A stretch of 33,323 nucleotides of DNA, taken from positions 1-33,323 of the IMG/VR virus record IMGVR_UViG_3300034341_000189. The stretch is one strand, 5' to 3'. The notes beneath the pieces were generated by a model. That model made no database searches. It saw nothing but the letters and a program-made list of their open reading frames with translations, and was not told the DNA's origin. Source of the stretch: a virus. Lineage: Duplodnaviria; Caudoviricetes. A program made the position numbers and the translations under genes. Every line of letters starts with the position of its first letter. The stretch's first letter is position 1. Below, in pieces: positions 6,327 through 16,033 of this stretch.

Positions 6327-8512
6327 TGAATAAGGTTATACTATATATAAAACCCATCACAATAATAAATGATGAGCAAGTTGAAGGTGATTTTCAACAA
6401 GTGGACTTGTTTGAAGATGAAGCAATCTCTGTTACATCTAAGATACAGGATATTCGTGATATATCTAAAGTATTTACTGACTTCTCTCAGTCATTCACTC
6501 TACCTGCTTCTAAAAAGAATAATAAGATATTTAAGCACTTTTATAATTACTATATATCTGAGGGTTCGTTTGATGCTCGAAAGAAAGTAGAAGCTGTATT
6601 AGAAATAAATTATATACCCTTCAGAAGAGGTAAGGTATTTCTAAATGGCGTAAAAATGAAGAATAATAAGCCATATGCCTACAATATAACATTCTTTGGT
6701 AATACAGTTTCGTTAAACGATTTATTTGGCGATGATGAGCTTAGTCAATTAGATTTAAGTTCGTTTAACCACGAATATAGCACTTCTAACGTAAGAAGTG
6801 GATTAATATCTGGGTTGTTTTCGCAATCAATAATATACCCTCTTATAACGCACACTAAAAGATTGTATTTTAATTCAAACACAAGTCATAATCAAAACAC
6901 CATATCTGGTGATTTACACTATCACTCAAACAATACTCACAACAGAGATGTAGCTTTACAGGCTTCAGACCTGAAACCAGCTATAAAAGCAAAAGATATA
7001 ATATCCGCTATAGAAACAAAATATGGAATAGATTTTGTTGATTCTGATTTTATATCCACTACACCTATGGATAACTTATATCTATGGCTAAGCAGAAGAA
7101 AAGGAACTATAGGCGGAGAGTCAGGTCAAGAGCAGATTAAGATATTAGAGGATTGGACTGTATCAAATGCACATCCATTTTTAACAGTAAGTTCTAACGG
7201 TCAAGAATTATACAGACCTTCTAATATAAGTTTTGGAGCACAAACATCTTCAGTTTGTTCAGCTAAGTTTGCTATAACTATAACCCCTCTTGCAGCTTAT
7301 ACAAGTGTTCCGTACACTATTCAGATATTGAGAAGTGGTGCTGTTGTTGCCGAGCAGACTGGTAATCTTGGAACAGCTACAGAAACTATAGTGTATTTTC
7401 AAAGTATCAATGCAACCGTAAAAACAGGCTCTCCACATACATTCAGGGTCATAACAAGTGATTCTTTTCAATTTACACCAGAAATTGTATTTACTGTTAG
7501 TGGATTTTCAAATAGCGGCAGTGAAACTTGGGTTACAAGTCCATCCGTTCAAAACGTAGTATCTACAATAATAATCACAGACCAGATTCCTAAAATGAAA
7601 GTTATTGACTTTGTATCTGGAATACTAAAAATGTTCAATCTAACCGTTTATTATATTGATAATGAGAATGATTCTGATTATGGTAAAATTAGAATGATAC
7701 CTCTTGACGATTTCTATGATGATAACCCAAAGATATTTGACATAACTAAATATGTAGATTCTTCAGAACACGATATTGAATCTACTGTTCCTTTTACTGA
7801 AATTGATTTCGAGTACGAAAAACCTAAAACCCTATTGATGAAACAGCACGAACAGGTGTTTAATCATATATTCGGAGATGAGGAGTTTAAATTAGACACT
7901 GTAGATAGGGGTAAACCATATAAGATTAAAGTTCCGTTTGAACACTTCAAATATGAAAGACTGCTTGATGAAGCTGATGGAGATGAGACTGATATACAGT
8001 GGGGTTATTCTGCTGGAGACAACTTTAAACCAGACGCAGATGCTGAGCCGCAACCTACAGCTAATTACGAGTCAGTTTTAACAAAGCCATTGTTGTTCTA
8101 TGGTATAAGAATAACTGGATTGACTACTGGAAATGGTATAAATTTTTATGGAGCAACTCACGAAGAGTTAGGTAGTTATTTCAAACCATCAAATACAAAT
8201 GAGAATGGCACATCTTCAACCGCACCAGCGTTTACACTAAATTTTGATAATGAGGTTGACGAGTGGAATCTTACAGATTACGGCGGAGATACAAACTCAC
8301 TATTTAAGAAGTTTTATCAAACATACATAGAAGATGCCTTCAATGCAAAGAAACGCATATTTAAGCTAACAGCACATTTACCCAATAGTGTGTTACTTAA
8401 TTATAAGCTAAACGATAGATTTCAGATTGGCGACAAAGTATTTACAATAAACTCAATAGACACCAACCTAAAAACAGGAGAGTCTAAATTAGAACTACTG
8501 AACGTATTATGA
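6326..8512 (+). CDS. putative baseplate hub / tail tip protein (728 aa)
   Basis: N-terminal QDIRDISKVFTDFSQSFTLPAS..NNKIF; S/T-rich central insertion; precedes the tape measure gene. Confidence 0.6.
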   Translation: MNKVILYIKPITIINDEQVEGDFQQVDLFEDEAISVTSKIQDIRDISKVFTDFSQSFTLPASKKNNKIFKHFYNYYISEGSFDARKKVEAVLEINYIPFRRGKVFLNGVKMKNNKPYAYNITFFGNTVSLNDLFGDDELSQLDLSSFNHEYSTSNVRSGLISGLFSQSIIYPLITHTKRLYFNSNTSHNQNTISGDLHYHSNNTHNRDVALQASDLKPAIKAKDIISAIETKYGIDFVDSDFISTTPMDNLYLWLSRRKGTIGGESGQEQIKILEDWTVSNAHPFLTVSSNGQELYRPSNISFGAQTSSVCSAKFAITITPLAAYTSVPYTIQILRSGAVVAEQTGNLGTATETIVYFQSINATVKTGSPHTFRVITSDSFQFTPEIVFTVSGFSNSGSETWVTSPSVQNVVSTIIITDQIPKMKVIDFVSGILKMFNLTVYYIDNENDSDYGKIRMIPLDDFYDDNPKIFDITKYVDSSEHDIESTVPFTEIDFEYEKPKTLLMKQHEQVFNHIFGDEEFKLDTVDRGKPYKIKVPFEHFKYERLLDEADGDETDIQWGYSAGDNFKPDADAEPQPTANYESVLTKPLLFYGIRITGLTTGNGINFYGATHEELGSYFKPSNTNENGTSSTAPAFTLNFDNEVDEWNLTDYGGDTNSLFKKFYQTYIEDAFNAKKRIFKLTAHLPNSVLLNYKLNDRFQIGDKVFTINSIDTNLKTGESKLELLNVL

Positions 8513-8670
8513 TAAAAGATATTATAGATTTATTGCAGCTTTCTGATTGGTATGGCGTATCTCATAACGTAGATATCGCCAAAGGATTATATAAAGCACC
8601 AAGAAACTGGGAAGACACAAAAGAAATTTTAACAAGAGTCAGAAAATCAAAATCATACAGAAATGGCTGA
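8509..8670 (+). CDS. small hypothetical protein (53 aa, MIKDIIDLLQ...DIAKGLYK...)
   Basis: Translated by hand; ATGA overlap upstream and overlap with the tape measure start. Confidence 0.65.
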   Translation: MIKDIIDLLQLSDWYGVSHNVDIAKGLYKAPRNWEDTKEILTRVRKSKSYRNG

Positions 8671-11068
8671 ACAGAAGATAATAATATCCATACAGGTAAA
8701 TAGCAGTGAAGCTGCAAAAACAAATAAGACTTTAAAGGTAACAAAAGATAATTTTGAGAAACTAACTAAAGCTGAAAAGGAAGCCATTGTAGCTGACAAG
8801 CAGTTATCTTTAGCAGCCAAACAACTTGACAAAGATTTAACGAATCAGGCAGCAGCAGCAAATGAAGCGGCAGCAGCAACAGATAATATGAGAGCCACAT
8901 CTGGCTTGAATAATGCAATCATAATGGAAACCAGTAGACTTGCCTCTGATGCAAGTTTTGGTTTTACTGCGATTGCAAACAACTTGTCTCAGTTAGTAAA
9001 CTTAGTTCAGTCTAATGTAAAAGCCACTGGCTCTTTTAAAAGCGCTATAGCTGGATTATTTACAGCACAAGCAGCATTTTTGGTTGGAATTCAGTTACTC
9101 ATTACTTATGGTGATGACTTATACAAGATGTTTCTGAAGAACTCATCAGCAGCAATAGATTTATTTAAAGTGTTTAAAGATGCTGGAGCAGAAGTTTCAT
9201 CTACTTCTGGAAAGTTTGAGACATATATAAGGACACTTCAGGATTCTAATAAATCACAAGAGGAGCAGAGAAAAGCTGTTAATGGATTGAATAAAGAATT
9301 TCCAAATTATATAGCACAATTAGAAAGAGCTGATTTAACATTAGAGGATGTAGCTAATAAAACTGAAGAAGCTACTAAACAGAATGATTTATATAGGGAA
9401 TCCTTAAAGAAGTTAGCTTTAGCAAGAGCTGCGCAAAATAAGATAGAAGAGGAGTCGGCAGCTATAATACAAGCCAATATAGATTTTGAAGATGAACTAA
9501 GGAAACTTGAAGCTGCTGGAGCGGAAGATGCGGATGGTGTACCAGGTTTTTCTATGAAAGATGCAGAGCTTTCTATTAAAGCATATCAAGATGCGTTTGA
9601 CCAGATAAGTAAAATGAATTTAACTACCCAAGAAAAAGATGATGAGTTAATAAAAAGAAAAAGAGAAAATCGTCAAATTGCTTCAGGAGAATACCTGTCT
9701 TCTCTTTATGATGAATTGCAAGAAGAAACTAAGATTAGAGACGAAAATATACAGAGGCTTGTCAAATACACTATAATAGAAACAGATACTGAAGAATCAG
9801 GTCAAGGTAAAAGAGAAAGGATATTTAAAAGAGGCATCCTGAATCTTGATAAACTTGAAGAGAGTTACAGACAAAAGGCTATAGATAAGCAGATGAAAAC
9901 TGCTGATGAAATAATTAACATCGAAGAAAAAAACGCTAAGGCAGAGCTTAAAATAAGATTAGACGTATTTAAGGAGAAACAAGCTCAGAGGTTTAAAGAT
10001 TTTATGAAATCTAAGGCTACTGATGAAGAAAAGAAACAAGCTCAGATTGATTACGATAAATCCTTAGAAGACGCTCAAATGGAGCACGATGAGGTTATGA
10101 TTCAGCTCGAAGAATCCTTTGAGACAAAAAGAACTCAGCTTCAAAGAAAGAGATTCAACGATGATGAAATAGAGCGAGAGAAAGTAGAGGATTTAGAGAA
10201 AAAACAATTAGATTCTCGTGCTGCTAATTTAGATGCTATAAATGAAATGGGCGTAAAACAAGCGTTCAATACAAGAGAAAGAAATTTAGAGAGTCTTAAG
10301 GAAGATGAAGCTTTAGCTCAGCGTAATTTTGAGATGGCAAGTAAAGATGTTGAGTTGAATGAAAAAGGTATGGAGATAAAAGCTCAAGCTGAACTCGATT
10401 TATTAGACTTAAAAAGAAAGATTGCTTTAGAAGAACAGGCATTAGAACAGGAAAAGTTTGACTTTATAAATGAGCAGTACAGTAAAATATCTGACGCACT
10501 AACTGAAACTTTTGGCGTTACAGCCCACAATCAAACTGTAGAGATAGAGGAAAGGTATAGCAGGGAGATGGAAGCTGCTGAAGGTAATGCTGAATTGCAA
10601 ACCCAGATTCGTGACAAGATGGAGAAAGATAAAGATAAGATTGCACGAAAACAATTTAAGATTGATAAGGCAGCAAGGATAGGTAGAGCAATAATGAACA
10701 CCTATGAATCAGCTTGGTTAGCATTTGGTTCACAGCTTATACCATCAGCTCCAGGTACACTTTCAAATGCGTATGTAGCGCAAAGGATAGCTTTAATCTC
10801 TGGACTTGCCAATGTAGCAAACATAGCTCGTCAAAAGTATCAGGGGTCTGCAAGTTCTGGCGGAGGAGGCGGTGCTGGAGGTTCTGGTGGAGGTATGCAG
10901 ATTAAAGCACCAGACTTTAATGTTGTTGGCGCATCTCAGACATCTCAGTTAGCACAAGCTGTAACAACTCAGCAAGAGAAACCAGTAAAAGCATTTGTAG
11001 TAGGTAAAGATATATCTACACAACAAGAACTTGATAGAAACATAACAAACACCGCATCATTCGGTTAA
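8663..11068 (+). CDS. tail tape measure protein (801 aa)
   Basis: Ala-rich N-terminus with a hydrophobic segment, long E/K/Q coiled coil, Gly linker and C-terminal PVKAFVV...Q motif. Confidence 0.8.
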   Translation: MAEQKIIISIQVNSSEAAKTNKTLKVTKDNFEKLTKAEKEAIVADKQLSLAAKQLDKDLTNQAAAANEAAAATDNMRATSGLNNAIIMETSRLASDASFGFTAIANNLSQLVNLVQSNVKATGSFKSAIAGLFTAQAAFLVGIQLLITYGDDLYKMFLKNSSAAIDLFKVFKDAGAEVSSTSGKFETYIRTLQDSNKSQEEQRKAVNGLNKEFPNYIAQLERADLTLEDVANKTEEATKQNDLYRESLKKLALARAAQNKIEEESAAIIQANIDFEDELRKLEAAGAEDADGVPGFSMKDAELSIKAYQDAFDQISKMNLTTQEKDDELIKRKRENRQIASGEYLSSLYDELQEETKIRDENIQRLVKYTIIETDTEESGQGKRERIFKRGILNLDKLEESYRQKAIDKQMKTADEIINIEEKNAKAELKIRLDVFKEKQAQRFKDFMKSKATDEEKKQAQIDYDKSLEDAQMEHDEVMIQLEESFETKRTQLQRKRFNDDEIEREKVEDLEKKQLDSRAANLDAINEMGVKQAFNTRERNLESLKEDEALAQRNFEMASKDVELNEKGMEIKAQAELDLLDLKRKIALEEQALEQEKFDFINEQYSKISDALTETFGVTAHNQTVEIEERYSREMEAAEGNAELQTQIRDKMEKDKDKIARKQFKIDKAARIGRAIMNTYESAWLAFGSQLIPSAPGTLSNAYVAQRIALISGLANVANIARQKYQGSASSGGGGGAGGSGGGMQIKAPDFNVVGASQTSQLAQAVTTQQEKPVKAFVVGKDISTQQELDRNITNTASFG

Positions 11069-11074
11069 TTTAAT
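11044..11074 (+). promoter_or_regulatory. putative phage late promoter
   Basis: AACA-N16-GTTAATTTAAT, then AGT-ATG 11078. Confidence 0.65.
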
Positions 11075-11077
11075 AGT

Positions 11078-12928
11078 ATGAGAATTATAGAACTTTTTAT
11101 AGACGAAGAAGGATTGTTCTCTGGCATAGATGCCATTTCAATAGTAGAGAAACCAGCGATAGAAGAACATTTTATCGCCCTATCCGAAGAGAAAGAAGTA
11201 AAACTTGCCGAAGTAGATAAAGAGAAGAAGATTCTTATGGGGGCAGCATTAATTCCCAATAAGAACATCTACAGACGTAATGGCGAGGATGAATACTACA
11301 TTTACTTCTCAGAAGACACTGTACGCAAAGCGTCAGAGCTATTTTTGATGCGTGGTAATCAAAATAAAAGCACTTTAGAGCACCAAGCAGAGCTTAACGG
11401 ACTGTCTGTGGTAGAATCGTGGATTGTAGAGGATAAAGTGCACGACAAGAGCCGTAAATACGGTTTAGATATGCCTGTAGGTACTTGGATGGTATCTATG
11501 AAGGTAAACAATGAAGAGGTTTGGGATGATTACGTCAAGTCTGGTAAAGTAAAAGGCTTCTCTATTGAAGGTTACTTCACTGATGAGGTTGCTATGTCTC
11601 AAATAGCCAACTTAGAAGAAGAGAACGAAGCTAAGCAAATACTATTAGAGGTTGCTAACGTAATTCTTGGCGATAAATACGAATTAGCTACATACGGAGA
11701 CTATGGAAGTGGCGTTAGAAACAACGCAAAGCGTGGTATTGAGCTAAATAAGAAGGTAAACAATAAGTGCGCCACCTCTGTGGGGAAAATAAGAGCACAG
11801 CAGCTCAGTAGGGGTGAAAAACTGAGTGTGTCCACGATAAAGAGGATGTATTCTTACTTGTCAAGAGCTGCTGAATACTATGACCCAAGCGATTCTAAGG
11901 CTTGTGGCACAATTTCATACCTTCTGTGGGGTGGAAAGGCAGGGTTAGCTTGGAGTAGGTCTAAACTGCGTGAATTAGGCGAATTAGAGCTTAATTGCGA
12001 CTGTCACGAGCTATCTGAGGAGCTTGAACTCGGTTTGTATGATAAAACATACAAAGATTACCCTTCTGCTGCCAGAAAGAACGCTAAACAAGCTCTTGCA
12101 TACTATGATAGTAATAAACCAAGATGCGGAACACCTCAAGCGTGGCAATTCGCCAAACTATTAGCTGAAGGTAAGCCATTATCTCGTTGTTTGATATCAG
12201 AGATGGCATCTTACAATAGATTTGAGAAAAAGAAAAACGAACCATACAATAAAGGTTGTGGTGGTCTTCTATGGGATGCTTGGGGAGGCGAAGAAGGAAT
12301 CCGTTGGGCAGAAGGTAAGCTCGATGAGATAAACTCTCAGGAATCTAAATTAGATTTAGCATCTAAAGAGATTGATGGGAGACTCGCCTATGATTCAAAA
12401 GAAGAAGCATTAAGAATTGCAAAGGATATTGGTTGCGAAGGATATCATACTCACGATGTAGATGGTGAGACTTGGTATATGCCTTGCAAAGAACATAAAT
12501 TAGCAAAATACGATGACAAAGGAAGAATTATTAGAAGCCCGAAAGCTCCAAATTCCGATACTAAAAACCCTGCTCCAAAACGAGGTAGCGATAGCAATCC
12601 AAAAGGAGCTGCTGGGAAGGGAAGGGGAGTATCTGTTCCAGCCAGAGTGCTAAAGTCATTACAAAAGAAAGCAAGTGACTTCAACGAGAAGTATAAATCT
12701 AAACTCGGTTACGGAACAACTGTAGGTCAACTTAAATCTGTATATCAGCGTGGTGTTGGCGCATTTCAAACATCACATAGTCCAATGGTAAAGTCTGCTG
12801 AACAGTGGGCACAAGCGAGAGTAAACGCTTATATATACCTACTAAAGAACGGCAGACCTCAAAACGCCAAATACACAACAGATTACGACCTATTACCTAA
12901 GAAACACCCTAAAAGCAGTAAGAAATGA
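11078..12928 (+). CDS. XkdF-like prohead protease with C-terminal accessory domains (616 aa)
   Basis: N-terminal GAALIPNK..YR...TLEH...VESWIV...GTWMV...KGFSIEG; precedes scaffold and capsid genes. Confidence 0.8.
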   Translation: MRIIELFIDEEGLFSGIDAISIVEKPAIEEHFIALSEEKEVKLAEVDKEKKILMGAALIPNKNIYRRNGEDEYYIYFSEDTVRKASELFLMRGNQNKSTLEHQAELNGLSVVESWIVEDKVHDKSRKYGLDMPVGTWMVSMKVNNEEVWDDYVKSGKVKGFSIEGYFTDEVAMSQIANLEEENEAKQILLEVANVILGDKYELATYGDYGSGVRNNAKRGIELNKKVNNKCATSVGKIRAQQLSRGEKLSVSTIKRMYSYLSRAAEYYDPSDSKACGTISYLLWGGKAGLAWSRSKLRELGELELNCDCHELSEELELGLYDKTYKDYPSAARKNAKQALAYYDSNKPRCGTPQAWQFAKLLAEGKPLSRCLISEMASYNRFEKKKNEPYNKGCGGLLWDAWGGEEGIRWAEGKLDEINSQESKLDLASKEIDGRLAYDSKEEALRIAKDIGCEGYHTHDVDGETWYMPCKEHKLAKYDDKGRIIRSPKAPNSDTKNPAPKRGSDSNPKGAAGKGRGVSVPARVLKSLQKKASDFNEKYKSKLGYGTTVGQLKSVYQRGVGAFQTSHSPMVKSAEQWAQARVNAYIYLLKNGRPQNAKYTTDYDLLPKKHPKSSKK

Positions 12929-13062
12929 AAAGAACAGAAGAAACGCCAAGTAGAACATCTCCACGCAATTCAAAACGTGGCTGTCTCTGCAAAAATGGTA
13001 GAACCTACTCACGAAAGTGCTGTGACGGTACATTAAGAGCACAGGGTGTAGGCAAAATCTAA
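12925..13062 (+). CDS. Cys-rich microprotein (45 aa)
   Basis: MKRTEETPSRTSPRNSKRGCLCKNGRTYSRKCCDGTLRAQGVGKI; ATGA overlap with the protease stop. Confidence 0.7.
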   Translation: MKRTEETPSRTSPRNSKRGCLCKNGRTYSRKCCDGTLRAQGVGKI

Positions 13063-13091
13063 CAGAGGAATTATTATTAGTTATTATTATA
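13061..13091 (+). promoter_or_regulatory. putative phage late promoter (variant)
   Basis: AACA-N15-GTTATTATTAT upstream of scaffold and capsid genes. Confidence 0.55.
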
Positions 13092-13114
13092 CACTTTAAA
13101 GTTAAATTTTTATT

Positions 13115-13675
13115 ATGGAAGGTAAAGCAACTCTTATTTTAAAAGACATTATGCAGAAACTTTCTATGATTAATTCCGAAGAGGTAAAAGAAGAAGTAGA
13201 AAACGTAGAAGTATCTGCTGAAGAAGTTGCTCCTGAAGTTGAAGTCAAGGAAGAAGTCGTATTGTCTGAAGACGAAGTAGCTGAAGAGGCTACTGAACTA
13301 TCTGACGAATCTACCGAACAACAACTTGCTGAAGAAGACGAAGCTGAAAAAGAAGCTGAGGAAGAAGAAGAAGAAGTTGAAGAAGAAGAAGAGTTAGAAG
13401 AAGAAAAATATGTTTCTAAATCCGAATTCGATTCTAAAATCGCTGAACTCAAGGATATGATTGAGTCAATGAAAGGTGAAATGGGTAAGGAAAAAGAATC
13501 TTACGAAGAAGAAAAAGCTGAATTGAGTGCGCAAATTGAAAAGCTATCTGCTGAACCAGCAGTTGAGCCTATTGCACACAATCCAGAGGAAAAACAAGAA
13601 AAAAACGGGGGCTTTAAGTTCGGTCAAAATCGCCCTCTTTCGACACTTGACCGAGTAATGTCCAAAATAAACTAA
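13115..13675 (+). CDS. capsid scaffolding protein (very acidic, 186 aa)
   Basis: Poly-Glu tracts and coiled coil; lies between protease and major capsid genes. Confidence 0.7.
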   Translation: MEGKATLILKDIMQKLSMINSEEVKEEVENVEVSAEEVAPEVEVKEEVVLSEDEVAEEATELSDESTEQQLAEEDEAEKEAEEEEEEVEEEEELEEEKYVSKSEFDSKIAELKDMIESMKGEMGKEKESYEEEKAELSAQIEKLSAEPAVEPIAHNPEEKQEKNGGFKFGQNRPLSTLDRVMSKIN

Positions 13676-13689
13676 ATTAAAATTAAATT

Positions 13690-14583
13690 ATGCCAACTCC
13701 ATCAATTACTACTACATATGCAGGAGAGTTTGCTGGAAAGTACATCTCTGCTGCTCTATTAAGCGGTAATACAATCGCAAATGGCGGTATTACTGTAAAG
13801 CCTAATGTAAAGTACAAAGAAGTTGTAAAGAAAGTTGCGACAAGCGGTCTTATTGGAAACGCTTCTTGTGATTTTACTGATGCTGGTTCTTTGACTTTGA
13901 CAGAGCGTATTCTCCAACCTGAAGAGTTTCAAGTAAACCTTGAGCTTTGTAAGAAGGATTTCCGTTCTGACTGGGAAGCTGTTCAAATGGGTTATTCTGC
14001 CTATGACAACCTACCTCCTAAATTCGCTGATTTCCTAATCGGTCACGTTGCTGCTAAAGTTGCGGAGCAAACCGAGCAAAACATCTGGCAAGGTGCTGAC
14101 GCTACTGCTGGTGAGTTTGACGGTCTTTCTGTACTATTAGCTGCTGACTCTGATGTTGTAGATGTTACAGGAACTACTGTTACTTCTTCTAACGTAATCG
14201 CTGAGCTTGGGAAAATCGTTGATGCAATTCCTTCTGCTGTTTACGGAAAAGAAGATTTGAAAATCTACGTTTCTTCAAACATCGCTAAGGCTTATGTATC
14301 TGCACAAGCTGCTTTAGGATATCGTGACTTGTATCACGTTGGTAAAACTGAGATGAACTTTCAAGGTATTCCTTTGTTTGTTGCTAACGGTCTTGCTGAT
14401 AATGATGCTGTAGCTGCGGAAACATCTAACTTGTACTTTGGTACTGGTCTATTAGCAGACCACAACGAGGTTAAAGTTATTGATATGGCTGACCTTGACG
14501 GAAGTCAAAATGTTCGTATCGTAATGCGATTCACTGCTGGTGTCCAATATGGTATCGGTTCTGACATCGTTCTTTACACCTAA
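13690..14583 (+). CDS. major capsid protein (297 aa)
   Basis: TTTYAGEFAGKYISAALLSG N-terminus; strongly biased codons; follows the scaffold gene; own terminator. Confidence 0.85.
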   Translation: MPTPSITTTYAGEFAGKYISAALLSGNTIANGGITVKPNVKYKEVVKKVATSGLIGNASCDFTDAGSLTLTERILQPEEFQVNLELCKKDFRSDWEAVQMGYSAYDNLPPKFADFLIGHVAAKVAEQTEQNIWQGADATAGEFDGLSVLLAADSDVVDVTGTTVTSSNVIAELGKIVDAIPSAVYGKEDLKIYVSSNIAKAYVSAQAALGYRDLYHVGKTEMNFQGIPLFVANGLADNDAVAAETSNLYFGTGLLADHNEVKVIDMADLDGSQNVRIVMRFTAGVQYGIGSDIVLYT

Positions 14584-14601
14584 TAATTAATCGTCTAATA
14601 T

Positions 14602-14627
14602 GGGGGTGCTAAACCCACCCCCTTTTT
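14602..14627 (+). terminator. intrinsic terminator
   Basis: GGGGGTG-N7-CACCCCC followed by T5. Confidence 0.85.
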
Positions 14628-14639
14628 AATACTTATAAT

Positions 14640-15194
14640 ATGGCTTGTGATTTAACTGGCGGAAGATTGAGACCTTGTAAAGATGCCGTAGGTGGTATTA
14701 AGAAAGTTCACTTCGTTGACTTTGGTGATTTAGGTTCGCTAACATTTGGTAGTAGCGATGAAATCACTGATATGGATGGAACTTTTACTTACCACACTTA
14801 CGATGTCAAAGGCAACTCTTCCCTTGAAACTAACATTACGTCTTCTCTTGAGAACGGAACTACATTCTTTGAGCAAGTCGTAAATATCACTTTATTTAAA
14901 CTAACTAAAGAGGATAACAAAGAATTGAAGTTGATGGCTTATGGTCGCCCTCACGTTGTTGTACAGACATTCGATGATAAGTTCTTGTTAGTTGGTGCTG
15001 AAAATGGTGCTGATGTTACTGGTGGTACTGCGGTTACTGGTACTGCTATGGGTGATTTAAACGGATATACACTTACATTAACTGCAAACGAACTCCGTAT
15101 GCCTTCATTCATTGATGGTGGTACTGACGCTGACCCATTTGCAGGTATGACAAGTGCTACTGACTCTGAATCTACTCAAAGAGACCCTTCATAA
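14640..15194 (+). CDS. major tail tube protein (184 aa)
   Basis: MACDLTGGR..PCKDAVGGIK start; NGTTFFEQ...GDLNGYTLTLTA; biased codons. Confidence 0.75.
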   Translation: MACDLTGGRLRPCKDAVGGIKKVHFVDFGDLGSLTFGSSDEITDMDGTFTYHTYDVKGNSSLETNITSSLENGTTFFEQVVNITLFKLTKEDNKELKLMAYGRPHVVVQTFDDKFLLVGAENGADVTGGTAVTGTAMGDLNGYTLTLTANELRMPSFIDGGTDADPFAGMTSATDSESTQRDPS

Positions 15195-15216
15195 ATTCAA
15201 TAGGGTTATGAATCTG

Positions 15217-15247
15217 ATAGGGGGTGTTTTACATCCCCTATTTTTTT
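15217..15247 (+). terminator. intrinsic terminator
   Basis: ATAGGGGGTGT-TTT-ACATCCCCTAT followed by a T run. Confidence 0.85.
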
Positions 15248-15256
15248 ATGCGCCAA

Positions 15257-15287
15257 AAACAAAAAGCTACAATTCTGTTATTTTAAT
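15257..15287 (+). promoter_or_regulatory. putative phage late promoter
   Basis: AAACA-N15-GTTATTTTAAT directly followed by ATG 15288, just after a terminator. Confidence 0.7.
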
Positions 15288-15623
15288 ATGCACTTATTAA
15301 CTACATCTATTGCAGCTCAACAACTAAAAATAGTACCTCGACAAGATGCGAGTTCTGTTACTCTTGAGCTCACAGATAAGACGCAATTCACCACATCTAC
15401 TGTATCTGTTTCTAAGACATCATCTAGCCCTTTTATGATACTATCAGGTTATTTCTCTCTTGTAGAGAACAGAGCTTATTCATTTGAAGTAAAAGACGGT
15501 AGTGAGATTATATACAGAGGACTTATATTCTGTACAGACCAAACTGACGGAGAGAAGTTCTTTGTACAGGATGGTGATTATACATCCGAAACAAGTTATG
15601 ATAACGAATATGTAATTCTATAA
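15288..15623 (+). CDS. small virion-associated protein, paralogue 1 (111 aa)
   Basis: Beta-rich; C-terminus YRGLIFCTDQTD...SYDNEYVIL. Confidence 0.75.
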   Translation: MHLLTTSIAAQQLKIVPRQDASSVTLELTDKTQFTTSTVSVSKTSSSPFMILSGYFSLVENRAYSFEVKDGSEIIYRGLIFCTDQTDGEKFFVQDGDYTSETSYDNEYVIL

Positions 15624-16033
15624 TGCACGTTGTAACAACATTTAATGGTTCGCAAACAATTCGTTTTGTACCAAGAAGGGAGAATGACGGAGATGTGACG
15701 GTGCGAATTTACGATAAGTCTTCAAGAAGAGAGATAAATTATAGCTCTGCTTATTTCTGGCAAACAACAGATGTTTTGTTTAACAATGCAGACCAAAATT
15801 GGAATGAAGACCCAGAAGTTGTATTTATATATAACGATGTATTTTCCACAGTATCAGGTAAATTCAGCTTTAGAGAAAACGAATACTATGGTATTAAGTT
15901 AATTGATAATAGCGGAGAGTTATACAAAGGAGTGTTATTTTGTACCGACCAAACAGACTATGATAAGTTTGATGTACACAAAGACGATTATGTAGTTGAA
16001 CAAAGCTACGACAATGAATATGTTATATTATGA
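15623..16033 (+). CDS. small virion-associated protein, paralogue 2 (136 aa)
   Basis: C-terminus YKGVLFCTDQTD...SYDNEYVIL; carries an aromatic-rich insertion. Confidence 0.75.
   Translation: MHVVTTFNGSQTIRFVPRRENDGDVTVRIYDKSSRREINYSSAYFWQTTDVLFNNADQNWNEDPEVVFIYNDVFSTVSGKFSFRENEYYGIKLIDNSGELYKGVLFCTDQTDYDKFDVHKDDYVVEQSYDNEYVIL

Noticed and set aside
6369-10905. Alternative-frame + ORFs 6369..6590 and 10714..10905
   Set aside because: Nested inside long structural genes, with no slippery site, coupling or recognisable motif.
13250-13410. GAA-rich microsatellite
   Set aside because: Explained by the poly-Glu tract of the scaffold protein.
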